Assembly (NCBI GenBank): GCA_964349125.1
Contig: CAYGFH010000001.1
Span: 562,107-626,106 of the forward strand
Reading direction: 5' to 3'
DNA length: 64,000 nt
DNA from: an uncultured Gammaproteobacteria bacterium
GTDB lineage: Bacteria; Patescibacteriota; Microgenomatia; UBA10105; UBA927
Shown piece after piece: positions 10,507-20,557 of the stretch (within the stretch, counting starts at the first letter, position 1; each line of letters starts with the position of its first letter). The translations under genes and the position numbers were made by a program. The notes under the pieces were generated by a model. That model did no database searches. It saw nothing but the letters and a program-made list of their open reading frames with translations, and was not told where the DNA came from.

Positions 10507-11100
10507 TTATGGGTAGACTCCAGAGATAATGTGTTGATAGATAGGGTCAACAGGAATACTCAGTGGATATGCTGACAATTTCCTGAGCTGTTTGCCAAAC
10601 GTATACAATGGAGTTTTCATATGCATCATATGGGATTTCAGAAACTGCTTCCACAATACATACTGTGTTTTTGAAAAATGCATGGAACCTGTGCAGTTCT
10701 CTGAGCCACAATAGCATTTGTGGGCACAATTTTCGCATGTGTCATCCTTTGGGCTCAAACAATACGAAATTGCTATCTCCTCACCTGGGAGAATCGTTCG
10801 TATGGCAACAAATAGTGTGTGTCCTTTGTATATATACATCCAGCTATTGGGTGTACAAGAATGATTTATACAGTGGAGTCCCGGAGAGTGCACATCGGGA
10901 TATATACACGCATCATCGGTTAAGTACATGAGGTACAATCCTTGTGCATCATTCCCTACATCATATTCTGACATTTGCACGACTGTTCCCAAATAATCTC
11001 CAATAATAGCTCCCTGTGCTATGGGTTTTTTCGCAAATACTGCGCGTCCCTTCAACGGAGTGTTTCGAATTTCCCATGCATCATCCGGCAGTAAAAACAT
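10507..11100 (-). CDS. SET domain-containing protein (putative protein lysine methyltransferase)
   Basis: NHSCTPNSW (the NHSCxPN motif), GEEIAISY (the GEELxxDY motif) and a Cys-rich post-SET stretch CENCAHKCYCGSENC. Confidence 0.65.
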   Translation of the reverse strand: MFLLPDDAWEIRNTPLKGRAVFAKKPIAQGAIIGDYLGTVVQMSEYDVGNDAQGLYLMYLTDDACIYPDVHSPGLHCINHSCTPNSWMYIYKGHTLFVAIRTILPGEEIAISYCLSPKDDTCENCAHKCYCGSENCTGSMHFSKTQYVLWKQFLKSHMMHMKTPLYTFGKQLRKLSAYPLSIPVDPIYQHIISGVYP

Positions 11101-11170
11101 ATAGAACGCACTCTAGCACAAAAACGAGCAGGTAGATAATGGTTTTTTTACGTAAAAGACACGGATCGGG

Positions 11171-12133
11171 GTGTTCGTTTATACTACTGGTATGACAAAG
11201 GGAATTCATCATATCAGTGCCATCGCGTCCGATGCACAGAAAACTATAGATTTTTACAGTGGCATTCTGGGACTGCGACTGGTGAAACAAACAGTAAATC
11301 AGGATGATCCCGGGACATATCATCTGTTCTTCGGAGATACCGAGGGATCACCGGGAATGGATCTGACGTTTTTTATTTTTCTTCCATCACACAGAGGATC
11401 AATCGGAAATGGTCAGGTATCAAGAGTGTCTCTCGCAATTCCCGAAGCAGCGTTACCGTTTTGGAAACAACGATTAACACAGCATGCAATTCCTTTCACG
11501 GAGCGTAAACGGTTCGATCATAATCGTATTGCGTTTCGCGATTTCGATGGATTGCACCTTGAGTTAGTCGAGACTCGCCACGCTGATACCATTGATGATT
11601 CACACGTCTGGGCATCTTCAGATATCCAAAAGAAGTATGCTATACGTCAGTTTCATAGTGCCACACTGCAGGTACACGCAACCGCAGGTATACTTCCTAT
11701 ACTTACCGGGCTACTCGGATATACGACAATCACCACAGATGCCGAGACCACCCTTTTTGGAATATCAGATTCTACCCGTGCATCACTTTTGGAGCTTAGC
11801 CAAAATCCAGCGACACCGAGTGGCTTGCAAGGTGCCGGCACAGTCCACCATATAGCGTTTCGCGCTTGCCATGAGAAACAGCAAAATGACATTCGTACAC
11901 AGATAGAGAGATTGGGATTATATCCTACAGAAGTTATAGACAGATTTTATTTCAAATCCGTCTATTTCAGAACACCTGCTGGGATACTATTTGAGATTGC
12001 CACAGACGGCCCCGGATTTACCGCGGATCAATCGGAATCGGATCTTGGGACATCACTGTCACTCCCGCCATTCTTACGCCCGTTTCAAGCGGAGATAGAA
12101 AAAAATCTACCAAAATTGATCATAAAAACATGA
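11171..12133 (+). CDS. VOC-family ring-cleaving dioxygenase-like protein (two glyoxalase/bleomycin-resistance domains; MhqE/CatE-like)
   Basis: Tandem VOC modules with HHISA...GILGLRLV and HHIAFRA motifs. Confidence 0.6.
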   Translation: MFVYTTGMTKGIHHISAIASDAQKTIDFYSGILGLRLVKQTVNQDDPGTYHLFFGDTEGSPGMDLTFFIFLPSHRGSIGNGQVSRVSLAIPEAALPFWKQRLTQHAIPFTERKRFDHNRIAFRDFDGLHLELVETRHADTIDDSHVWASSDIQKKYAIRQFHSATLQVHATAGILPILTGLLGYTTITTDAETTLFGISDSTRASLLELSQNPATPSGLQGAGTVHHIAFRACHEKQQNDIRTQIERLGLYPTEVIDRFYFKSVYFRTPAGILFEIATDGPGFTADQSESDLGTSLSLPPFLRPFQAEIEKNLPKLIIKT

Positions 12134-12753
12134 TTAACAAGCTCACACTTTTCGACTACGAATTTGTAGATAATGCAGCGAAGCGCACGCTGTTTCTGCT
12201 GCATGGGACGGGTGGCAATAAACACGATCTATTATTTTTCGACGATCTGTTGCACGGGCAGTACAATCTCATGGGGTTGGAAGGAAATATCCGGGAAAAT
12301 GGCATGCCCAGATTTTTCAAGAGACATGAAGCGGGAGTTTTTGACCAGGAAAGTATTAAAGCGGAGACACTCAAATTACATATGTTTATTCGGTCATGGT
12401 GCATTGAATACGCGATGGAGCCTTCAACATTTTCTTTTTTGGGATATTCAAACGGAGCAAACATGCTTTTAGCAACACTGTTTTTATATCCCTCATATAT
12501 CAAACGGGTAGTGTTATTACATCCGCTGATGCCGTTACCTGCAAACCATCCTGAGCCTGATTTAACAGGACGCAGCTGCTTTGTGAGTATTGGCACCAGC
12601 GACACGGTTATAACACCGACACAAGGAGCATTCGTGTCAGATGTACTGCGCAGGAGTGGAGCAGACGTGACATTCAAGGCATATCCCAGCGGACATGAGG
12701 TCAGTGAGAAAGAGCTTGCCGACTGCTGTGAATTCTTACTATCCGCTATATAA
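12130..12753 (+). CDS. Phospholipase/carboxylesterase-family alpha/beta hydrolase (MhqD-like)
   Basis: GxSxG nucleophile elbow GYSNGAN with downstream Asp/His. It overlaps the dioxygenase stop by 4 nt, so the two are an operon. Confidence 0.6.
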   Translation: MINKLTLFDYEFVDNAAKRTLFLLHGTGGNKHDLLFFDDLLHGQYNLMGLEGNIRENGMPRFFKRHEAGVFDQESIKAETLKLHMFIRSWCIEYAMEPSTFSFLGYSNGANMLLATLFLYPSYIKRVVLLHPLMPLPANHPEPDLTGRSCFVSIGTSDTVITPTQGAFVSDVLRRSGADVTFKAYPSGHEVSEKELADCCEFLLSAI

Positions 12754-12808
12754 TAGACTCTTCAGACATCCAATACCGCGGCTGGATGGTATAATCCAAA
12801 TACACACA

Positions 12809-13495
12809 ATGAACAATGCAGTAGTAGTACATACGAGCCGCATTTTGATTGCAGCACTTTGCATCGCAGTCGGTTTTTTTGGAACACTGGCACTGATACC
12901 TAAAAATGAAACGATAGTGATGCCTCAGGCGCCCATTCCTAATGAAGCTTCTGACATGTTGACTGCTTTACCCTTTACGCTCACTCCACCGTCTCTCTCC
13001 CTGCGCGCACAGTTAACCACTGCAACCGGCGATGTACGGCATAAGACAAGAGATGCGGGCGCATTCCTCTTGGCAACGCCGTCGGCTACGATAGTGCTTG
13101 GAGAATCAATTGCTACGGGAGCTGACGGCAAAGCGACAATCACGATCCCCTCCCTTGTGTCCACCAACATGGAGAAAAATGCGGAACTCGTATTTGCAAA
13201 TATTTTTCTTGAAAACACCGTGCTTCAGCAAAAAGCCGGAGAGATTATGTACCGGATAGAATCCATAGACCATCCGGTGGCGATTCGGGCACTGCGAGCT
13301 CTGGTTAGTGCAAAAAATTCCGTTATTTCCATTACCATCGATGATGCGGATGTGGCAATTAGCGTACAAAAGGGAGAAGCAAAAGTTGGCATTGTAGACA
13401 GTGAAAACACCACGCATGTGTACACTGTTACAGAAGGAAACAGGGCAACTGTAGACACCTACTCCCAGACTATCCGGATAGTATCACCACGTTAA
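12809..13495 (+). CDS. Hypothetical membrane-anchored/secreted protein
   Basis: N-terminal signal anchor after the internal ATG at 12809. No known domain. Confidence 0.35.
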   Translation: MNNAVVVHTSRILIAALCIAVGFFGTLALIPKNETIVMPQAPIPNEASDMLTALPFTLTPPSLSLRAQLTTATGDVRHKTRDAGAFLLATPSATIVLGESIATGADGKATITIPSLVSTNMEKNAELVFANIFLENTVLQQKAGEIMYRIESIDHPVAIRALRALVSAKNSVISITIDDADVAISVQKGEAKVGIVDSENTTHVYTVTEGNRATVDTYSQTIRIVSPR

Positions 13496-14671
13496 AACGA
13501 ACGATTGTTTATATGATTCAAGCGGCTTGAGCATTGTATCGTCCTCATACCCAAGCGCCCAGAGTGCCACACCGCCGAGGTTATATTTTTTTGCCAATGC
13601 AATTTTTTCCTTCATAGAGGTTTCGTCTTCATAATATATTTGGTTATATACACCCCCCTCCTTATAGATGAGGTAGGGTTCTTTCGAATACGGATCAATT
13701 CCTTTCGTACAATCTGTACAGACTCTGAGTTTTTCCATAACCCGTCTGACACTTGCAGTGGATGATCCGCCGGGGATGGTGGCCGACTCACTCGCCGCTT
13801 CTATTGTCTCCCACTGGTATCCGTAGAGAGGAATGCCCAACAGGATTTTTTCTTTTGGCATAATTTTTAGTGCTTCACGTACCGCCACCTCGACATCAAA
13901 TTCGACGGTTTCCCCCGCTCCACCTATCGGTGCGACCGCCCCGGATGTGAGTGAACCGGAATAGTGGTAATCGTAGGTCATGAGTATCACTTCATCGGCG
14001 AGAGCTCCCAGCGCTTTCGGGTCATATAATTTTGGTCGCAGTAGCGCGATGGGAATGAGGTCAATGGAGAGTGTTCCTAACTGTTCTTTCACCAGGATAT
14101 CTTTGACAGCAGAAACAAATTGCGTAAACTTTGCTCTACTGCTTTCAGATGCTTCCATAAATGTCTCTATATCTAAATTCAAATCGGTAAATCCCTTTTC
14201 CTTCATAATAGGGCCGACATCACCCATCATCGTGGTTGCACTTTGCACAGGGTCAATCAGTAACTGTTCGATAACCGCATCATCACCGCTTATGATCAGG
14301 AGGGATTTTTTTAGTTTTTTTTCTGTCGCATCTTTGAGACGAGCGGATACTGCTTCCCGCTGTAGGTTATTCCAACCGGGCTCAAGTTCCCCGGGGTTTG
14401 TGGTCTTCATAATCGTGCCGTCACCGTTTAGTGCCAGCCCAAAATATGTAAGGGTGGTAATGAACCGCTCATACTGTTTATCCGCTTTACCCAGTAGCCA
14501 ATACGGAAGAAATCCAACAATCTTTGGACGGGTGACATGTGCGTTTGTTATATTTGGAATCCCTGCGGAAGATGTGTCAAACGATCCGCCCATATAGATA
14601 AATCCAAAAGCGGACAGGACACCAAAGAGGAGACAGCATGCGCCGATAGTTACAGAACGGACCATGCACAC
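13484..14671 (-). CDS. Glycoside hydrolase family 18-like (chitinase-like) secreted protein
   Basis: The MTYDYH motif and a DxxDxDxE-like catalytic stretch TDLNLDIE aligned to the GH18 DGxDxDWE, with Asp3 and Glu conserved. Also a C-terminal GVALWAL motif and an N-terminal signal anchor. Confidence 0.55.
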   Translation of the reverse strand: MCMVRSVTIGACCLLFGVLSAFGFIYMGGSFDTSSAGIPNITNAHVTRPKIVGFLPYWLLGKADKQYERFITTLTYFGLALNGDGTIMKTTNPGELEPGWNNLQREAVSARLKDATEKKLKKSLLIISGDDAVIEQLLIDPVQSATTMMGDVGPIMKEKGFTDLNLDIETFMEASESSRAKFTQFVSAVKDILVKEQLGTLSIDLIPIALLRPKLYDPKALGALADEVILMTYDYHYSGSLTSGAVAPIGGAGETVEFDVEVAVREALKIMPKEKILLGIPLYGYQWETIEAASESATIPGGSSTASVRRVMEKLRVCTDCTKGIDPYSKEPYLIYKEGGVYNQIYYEDETSMKEKIALAKKYNLGGVALWALGYEDDTMLKPLESYKQSFVLTW

Positions 14672-14724
14672 ATTGTACCATGCACGGGCTCAATGCCGTG
14701 GGTATTTGGTGTACAATTACACTC

Positions 14725-15222
14725 ATGAATGCGGATATGATAGTTTTATTCGGACTTCCGGGCGCCGGTAAATCATTTGTCGCAGATGTGCTTGGGGATT
14801 CATTTGGGTACACTCTCCATAACGGAGATGAAGATCTGCCGATATCCATGAAACAAGCGCTGTTGCAAAAAGCTCCCATCACAGACCGGATGCGTGAAGA
14901 ATTTACTGAGCGTATGATATCCTCATTATCACGTCTCTCCAAAGAGCATACGAATCTCGCATGCCACCAGACACTGCTTAAAGAATTTATGAGAGAGCGA
15001 CTGCAAAAAGAGTTTCCGACGGCAACATTTATTCTCGTCACATCAGAAACAGCAATCAGAGAAAAGAGATATATGAAACGGAAGTATTTTAACCTCGGTC
15101 TTCCGTATCTGCGACAGATGTCTCAGGCATTTGAAGCGGCTCGTATACCACACCAAGAGCTTATAAATCAAAACGATGGCCGACAGGAGATACTCGCCCA
15201 ACTCACGGGGATAGTATCGTGA
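14725..15222 (+). CDS. P-loop kinase, gluconokinase (GntK)-like
   Basis: Walker A GLPGAGKS followed by a GDEDLP...PITDRMR pattern resembling the GntK GDDLHP...LtDEDR pattern. Confidence 0.45.
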   Translation: MNADMIVLFGLPGAGKSFVADVLGDSFGYTLHNGDEDLPISMKQALLQKAPITDRMREEFTERMISSLSRLSKEHTNLACHQTLLKEFMRERLQKEFPTATFILVTSETAIREKRYMKRKYFNLGLPYLRQMSQAFEAARIPHQELINQNDGRQEILAQLTGIVS

Positions 15223-15273
15223 AGTGAGTTGGTCGGCATTGATTATTCTCCGGATCACTGATACCGTTGAAGT

Positions 15274-15828
15274 ATGAAAAAGAAAAAACTTCAGCTTATT
15301 GATGATGATATCTATACAATCAGACGGCTGGCATGGATGCGTGCGCCATCTCTCATCCTCGGACTTATCATGGGATTTGCCTTATCATTTGTTACCTCCA
15401 AATTCGAGCAGGTTCTGGAAAAAAATATTTCCGTTGCATTTTTTATTCCGTTTATTGTATATATGGCTGATGCTGTGGGCACACAAACACAAGCTATTTA
15501 TACGCGAGATTTGGGAAATGGCACAGCCAGGTTTCGAACATATCTGTTTAAAGAAAGCGGACTGGGAATTATCATGGGGTTGTTTTTCGGATGTGTCACA
15601 TTTCTGATTGTCACCACATGGTTTCAATCAATGCTTCTTGCCACGGCAGTCAGCCTTGCAACATTTTTTGCAATCAGCACAGCTCCCGTCGTTGCCATAC
15701 TCGTTACAGAAGTGCTGCAGTTGGAAAACCAAGATCCGGCAATCGGAGCAGGTCCCCTAGCTACGGTTATTCAGGATGCGGTGAGTATATTGGTCTATGG
15801 AGCTATTGCCAGCTGGATTCTCCTTTAA
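15274..15828 (+). CDS. MgtE-family Mg2+ transporter, transmembrane domain only
   Basis: Five-TM MgtE integral membrane domain with the conserved DAVG and PLATVIQDAV segments. No N-terminal CBS region is present. Confidence 0.55.
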   Translation: MKKKKLQLIDDDIYTIRRLAWMRAPSLILGLIMGFALSFVTSKFEQVLEKNISVAFFIPFIVYMADAVGTQTQAIYTRDLGNGTARFRTYLFKESGLGIIMGLFFGCVTFLIVTTWFQSMLLATAVSLATFFAISTAPVVAILVTEVLQLENQDPAIGAGPLATVIQDAVSILVYGAIASWILL

Positions 15829-15963
15829 CTGTAAAAAACAGTTTATTTCTCTGTCGAGAAAACCCTATGTTTCAAACGTGGAGATACGACAGCCCATAGA
15901 GAAGCGGAGGAGAATCAAACTGCGCTTCCTTTGAAATACGCTCTCGCTTTAGCCCGGCGCAGT

Positions 15964-17052
15964 TTATTCCAGATAATCTTTTAATTTCTTTGAGCGGGAC
16001 GGATGGCGAAGTTTTCTCAGTGCCTTTGCTTCGATCTGCCGGATACGCTCGCGGGTAACGCCAAACTGCGCGCCCACTTCCTCCAGCGTTCGGGGTCTGC
16101 CGTCTTCAAGTCCAAACCGCAGGACCAATACTTTTTTCTCGCGATCTGATAATGTCGTTAAGACTTCTTCCATGTGTTCTTTAAGAAGCTGTCTGCTGGT
16201 TTGTTCATATGGCGTAGGACCCGGATCAGAAATAAAATCACCCAAATGACTGTCTTCTTCGTCTCCGACAGGAGTTTCCAGAGATGTCGGCTCCTGGGAC
16301 ACTTTCATAATCTCGCGGACTTTCATGACATCCACTTCCATGACTTTTGCAATTTCCTCTGGTGTCGGTTCACGTCCCAAATCCTGCATGAGTCTCCGGC
16401 TCGCCCGCACAAACCTGTTGATGGTCTCAACCATATGTACAGGAATTCGGATGGTCCTGGCCTGGTCCGCAATGGCGCGGGTGATGGCCTGTCTGATCCA
16501 CCATGTGGCATACGTGGAGAATTTGTATCCTTTTCGCCAGTCGTATTTCTCGACAGCGCGGATAAGCCCCTGATTACCTTCTTGTATGAGGTCCAACAGA
16601 GACATACCCCGGCCGATATATTTTTTCGCTATGGAAACGACGAGTCTGAGGTTGGACTCGATCAGTTTTTTCTTGGCCTTTCGATCGCCCTTTTCATATT
16701 TCTTTGCAAGGGAAATTTCATCGGCAAATGTCAGAAGAGGTATTCGGCCAATCTCTTTTAAATACATGCGCACAGGGTCAGAGACACCTTCACTGGATGC
16801 TTTCACCAATGCTTCTATTTCTTTCTCAAGTTCCACGATACTCTTTGAGGATTCTTTATCTCCGTCCTGTGTGGTGGTTTCAAAGACATCGATCCCTTCC
16901 TGTATAAGGGTGTTACACAACTGGTCGAGTTCTTTGATATGCTCTTCTGGTTTGGGGAAAAGGAAGAGGATGTCTTCCTGTGTTACAAATCCGTTTTCTT
17001 TACCTTCGCGTATAAGGTCAGCAACTGTCGCAAGATTTTTTTGTTTAGCCAT
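15964..17052 (-). CDS. rpoD: RNA polymerase sigma factor RpoD (primary sigma-70)
   Basis: Region 2.4 [27 protein letters not shown] plus a region 4 HTH. Acidic N-terminus. Confidence 0.9.
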   Translation of the reverse strand: MAKQKNLATVADLIREGKENGFVTQEDILFLFPKPEEHIKELDQLCNTLIQEGIDVFETTTQDGDKESSKSIVELEKEIEALVKASSEGVSDPVRMYLKEIGRIPLLTFADEISLAKKYEKGDRKAKKKLIESNLRLVVSIAKKYIGRGMSLLDLIQEGNQGLIRAVEKYDWRKGYKFSTYATWWIRQAITRAIADQARTIRIPVHMVETINRFVRASRRLMQDLGREPTPEEIAKVMEVDVMKVREIMKVSQEPTSLETPVGDEEDSHLGDFISDPGPTPYEQTSRQLLKEHMEEVLTTLSDREKKVLVLRFGLEDGRPRTLEEVGAQFGVTRERIRQIEAKALRKLRHPSRSKKLKDYLE

Positions 17053-17220
17053 ATAAGTACCGTGAGTCCCTGCATCACCTTCGTATAAAAAAGTGATTAC
17101 ACTGTCTTATCGAAGAGAAACAAGTGACTTCGCTTGTTCATGACACAGTGTACGAGTATCCTCGAGTGTGTGCTGTATCAAGAATCCCGCTTCCGCAGGA
17201 ATGCACGAAGTATACCAGAT

Positions 17221-19047
17221 TTAGGTTTGATTTTCCAGATCCTTTAACTGCATTGTGGTGTTTTTGAGCTTTGACTGGAGTTCAGTTGCCTCTTTTTCGG
17301 ACAGATCATCAGATGATCCACGCCTCGTCAGCTCCTGAATTTGTCTGTGGAGTATCACACGCTTAAACTCCCGCAAGGTTCTGATCCATTCTTCCATAAA
17401 TGCATTTGGACTGTCCAGAAGCTCCTCCACATCCCACAAAAATGCCTCATCCAACGTCGGCAATAATTCTTTCGGCAGTGAATCAGCAAAATCTTTTATC
17501 AAAAATATCTTTGCTGTTTCCGGCCCCTCCTCATCCGGCATCAGAAACGCGAGAAGATGGTCAATTATTTTACACACAGTCGGATGGGAAAATTCTGGTA
17601 AGTACCCTGATTCCTGAAGTTCCTCGAATAGATCCACTGTTTTTCCCTGCAACAGAAGAGCGAGGATGTATACCTCCAGTTTCTCAGTTCTGGACGAGAG
17701 TTTATCTGGGAGACCGGATTGATTAGCCTGTTCGGTTGGAGCGAATGACACGGTGCCTCGCCCCATCCGGCGCATGCTTTCAAACAATGCTTCCTCAGAG
17801 GTCTTGAGGAGTCCCGCTGTTTTGTTTATATAATGATTTTGAATCACCGGGTTATCAATTTTTGCAATGACAGGCAGCAGTTCGTCACTGATTTTTTTCT
17901 TCCCATAGGCAGTTGCAACATCGTACCGTTTCAGTGCAGAGGAGAGGAAATAATCATAAATAGGCACCGCGTCTGCAATTGCTTTTTTGAGTAGTCCAGG
18001 CGATTCCCGTGCTGCTTCGTCAGGATCCTTTCCCATGGGGAGCGTTACCACCCGCATGTCCATACCTGACTGGTCGGCAAGCTCTATGCCCCGACGGGCA
18101 GCGGCGTCCCCCGCCATGTCACTATCCAGAGCAAACACAACGCGCTCGGTAAATCGCTTCAGTAACCGTACATGGCCTTCTGTAAGCGCGGATCCTTTTA
18201 TGGCTACGGCATTGCCGATTCCTGCCTGAAACGAGGAGATCACATCCAATTCACCCTCCATGACCACGGCTTCGTTTGCTTTTTGGATATTGCCTTTTGT
18301 TACATCCAGGCCATAAAGCACATTACTTTTTATGTACACAGGAGTCTCTGACGTGTTTATATATTTGGCATCTTTTTCGTCCCCCTCGAGGATTCTTCCC
18401 GCAAATCCGACCACATTTCCCCGGTGATCTTTGAGCGTAAACATGACGCGCCCGCGGAAACGATCATAGTACCGCGCCGCCCCGCTGCCCTCGCGGGAAC
18501 TGCGGATCACCAATCCTGCTTTTTCAAGGAGTTCATCTTCATATCCTTTTTTCCGCAAAAATCTATACAGTCCTTCCCAACTGTTTGGGCTGTAACCGAG
18601 TGAAAATGTTTTTATCGATTTTTCCGTTATGTCCCGGTTCTTCAAGTACGCTAGTCCCCGTTTCCCCAGCTCATGTTTGGTGAGTATGTAGTGGTAATAC
18701 TCACTTGCGAGATGATTAGCCTCCAATATGTTTTGTTTGATGCCGGAATCTTTGGAATCAGAATATTTTCTCGTCAATTTTACTCCTGCGATGTTTGCCA
18801 GGTCCTCCAGCGCCTCGGCAAAATCTATGTGGTGGTACTCCATCACAAAATCAAATACCGTCCCTCCTTTTTGGCATCCGAAACAGTGGAAAATCTGCCT
18901 GTCAGGAGACACGACAAATGATGGGGATTTTTCTCCATGAAACGGACACAGCCCTTTGAAGTTACGACCCGCTTTTTTGAGCTTTACATGCTTTCCGATT
19001 ATATCGGTTATATTGAGCCTGGATTTTATTTCATCGATATCTGTCAT
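17221..19047 (-). CDS. dnaG: DNA primase DnaG
   Basis: CHC2 zinc finger CPFHGEKSPSF...CFGC and a TOPRIM domain. Start placed at the internal MTDIDEIKSRL. Confidence 0.9.
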   Translation of the reverse strand: MTDIDEIKSRLNITDIIGKHVKLKKAGRNFKGLCPFHGEKSPSFVVSPDRQIFHCFGCQKGGTVFDFVMEYHHIDFAEALEDLANIAGVKLTRKYSDSKDSGIKQNILEANHLASEYYHYILTKHELGKRGLAYLKNRDITEKSIKTFSLGYSPNSWEGLYRFLRKKGYEDELLEKAGLVIRSSREGSGAARYYDRFRGRVMFTLKDHRGNVVGFAGRILEGDEKDAKYINTSETPVYIKSNVLYGLDVTKGNIQKANEAVVMEGELDVISSFQAGIGNAVAIKGSALTEGHVRLLKRFTERVVFALDSDMAGDAAARRGIELADQSGMDMRVVTLPMGKDPDEAARESPGLLKKAIADAVPIYDYFLSSALKRYDVATAYGKKKISDELLPVIAKIDNPVIQNHYINKTAGLLKTSEEALFESMRRMGRGTVSFAPTEQANQSGLPDKLSSRTEKLEVYILALLLQGKTVDLFEELQESGYLPEFSHPTVCKIIDHLLAFLMPDEEGPETAKIFLIKDFADSLPKELLPTLDEAFLWDVEELLDSPNAFMEEWIRTLREFKRVILHRQIQELTRRGSSDDLSEKEATELQSKLKNTTMQLKDLENQT

Positions 19048-19093
19048 ATGCGCACGAGGAAGGATAGCAGATATACCCGAAAAACGCGAACAA

Positions 19094-19711
19094 TTACAGT
19101 CGGGCAATTACCCGCACGGGAGCCGCTTCCGCATGAAGCTTCATAGGGAACGCCAGTATCTCAAACGATGAGACACCCAGAAGGGACTGCATATTCGTCA
19201 TATTTTCGATGATAAGGACTTCCTTCGAAAGCAAAATTTTGTGAATAGGATATGTTTCTTCTTTGTCTGGATTTATCATATCCATGCCGACAATGCTGAC
19301 ACCGCTGGAAACAAGCTTGTGTGTTAACGCCTCTGTGATCCGCGGATACTCTGTATTATATGATTCAGTACCGTATCTCTCTGCCATACCGGTATAGAGA
19401 AGCACAACAGATCCTTGTGGGACAGTTATCCCCGCAAGTGCATCCACATCGATTACCTGCTTATTGTAGGCATTCACCAGGACTCCCTGTCCCACAAATT
19501 TTTCTGGCGGAAATTCATCCATATATTTCCCATCCTCTATCATATGAAGCGGTGCATCCATGTGTGTCCCAACATGCATGACACTCGTAAGCTGATGATC
19601 CGTGTATCCGTTTGCTGCGATGGTAGTAATCTGTTTAAGACTCGTTGCGGGGTCTCCGGGAAATACGGGCATGTTATCAACAAATGTATGGGATAAATCG
19701 ATGTATGTCAT
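19094..19711 (-). CDS. Cyclase-family protein (arylformamidase/kynurenine formamidase-like)
   Basis: MTYIDLSHTFVDNMPVFPGDP N-terminus and HxGTHxDAPxH-like motif (HVGTHMDAPLH). Confidence 0.7.
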   Translation of the reverse strand: MTYIDLSHTFVDNMPVFPGDPATSLKQITTIAANGYTDHQLTSVMHVGTHMDAPLHMIEDGKYMDEFPPEKFVGQGVLVNAYNKQVIDVDALAGITVPQGSVVLLYTGMAERYGTESYNTEYPRITEALTHKLVSSGVSIVGMDMINPDKEETYPIHKILLSKEVLIIENMTNMQSLLGVSSFEILAFPMKLHAEAAPVRVIARL

Positions 19712-19717
19712 ATGTAG

Positions 19718-20188
19718 TTATTCTATCAAAGGTATCGGAAACATGCCTGACCGATAGTTCATATACAATTCGATCGTTTCTCCGTGATCAAATGCGAGTG
19801 CTTCTTTGTTGTATAGTTTTTCAAACGGTATAAATTCCACATTTGATGATTCCGCATCCGGTAAACCGGTTTTCTGTGTCGGACGGATCAAAAAATCAAA
19901 TGATACATTTTGTCTATCCTCATGCGGACGGATCGGATTTGTATTGATACGGAAGAGCGTGATGACCTCACCTTCCCACCCTGTTTCTTCGTACAGCTCT
20001 CGAAGCGCACCTTCATGGGCGCGTTCATCGCGGTTCAAGTACCCGCCAGGCAACCCCCACTTTCCGCTTTCAAGCAGATCCCCCGCCCGTTTTACCAGCA
20101 GTATGCCGTTATCTTTTTCCACGATAGCATGAACGACAATGTGTCTGAGCTCTGCTTCATACCCTTTTTCAAATCTGCAGATAATCAT
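19718..20188 (-). CDS. NUDIX hydrolase
   Basis: Nudix box GGYLNRDERAHEGALRELYEETGW. Confidence 0.8.
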   Translation of the reverse strand: MIICRFEKGYEAELRHIVVHAIVEKDNGILLVKRAGDLLESGKWGLPGGYLNRDERAHEGALRELYEETGWEGEVITLFRINTNPIRPHEDRQNVSFDFLIRPTQKTGLPDAESSNVEFIPFEKLYNKEALAFDHGETIELYMNYRSGMFPIPLIE

Positions 20189-20197
20189 AGAGTAGGT

Positions 20198-20539
20198 TTA
20201 GGAAACTGATTCATACTGACTCTCGTACCAATCAGGATTTGTTATCGTTATAATTTCCGCGTGATCAGTGACCAAATAGGATGTGGCTCCGGGCAATACT
20301 TCTATGACATCTCCTTTTTCAAGAACAAATGCTTCTCCGTTCACATACACCGTGAGAGTTCCCGAGACTACCGCATATGCTTCCCAACATACGGTATTTT
20401 TCCCTGAACCCGACTCAGGCACCCGTCCTGTTATTTCCTGAAACGTGATTCCGATCTGTTTGTTGGATAGGACATAATCCCAGACTGTCCATCCATCACG
20501 AAAGGCTAATTTTGTAGCATCTTTTTTCGAATGTTTCAT
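20198..20539 (-). CDS. Cupin-domain protein
   Basis: Small beta-barrel-like protein with a GDVIEVLPG motif. Confidence 0.4.
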   Translation of the reverse strand: MKHSKKDATKLAFRDGWTVWDYVLSNKQIGITFQEITGRVPESGSGKNTVCWEAYAVVSGTLTVYVNGEAFVLEKGDVIEVLPGATSYLVTDHAEIITITNPDWYESQYESVS

Positions 20540-20557
20540 AGTACTGTCTCTATCGTA

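Noticed and set aside
15830-15963. Possible terminator hairpin GAAGCG...CGCTTC between the convergent MgtE-like and rpoD genes
   Set aside because: The stem is short, the loop is long, and there is no clear U-tract on either strand. Too weak to call.
16586-17056. Plus-strand ORFs inside the rpoD coding region (16174..16761, 16586..17056) and similar antisense ORFs inside dnaG, hsdR, the PEP-utilising gene and others
   Set aside because: They lie antisense within well-supported genes, have skewed composition, and show no motifs or RBS.
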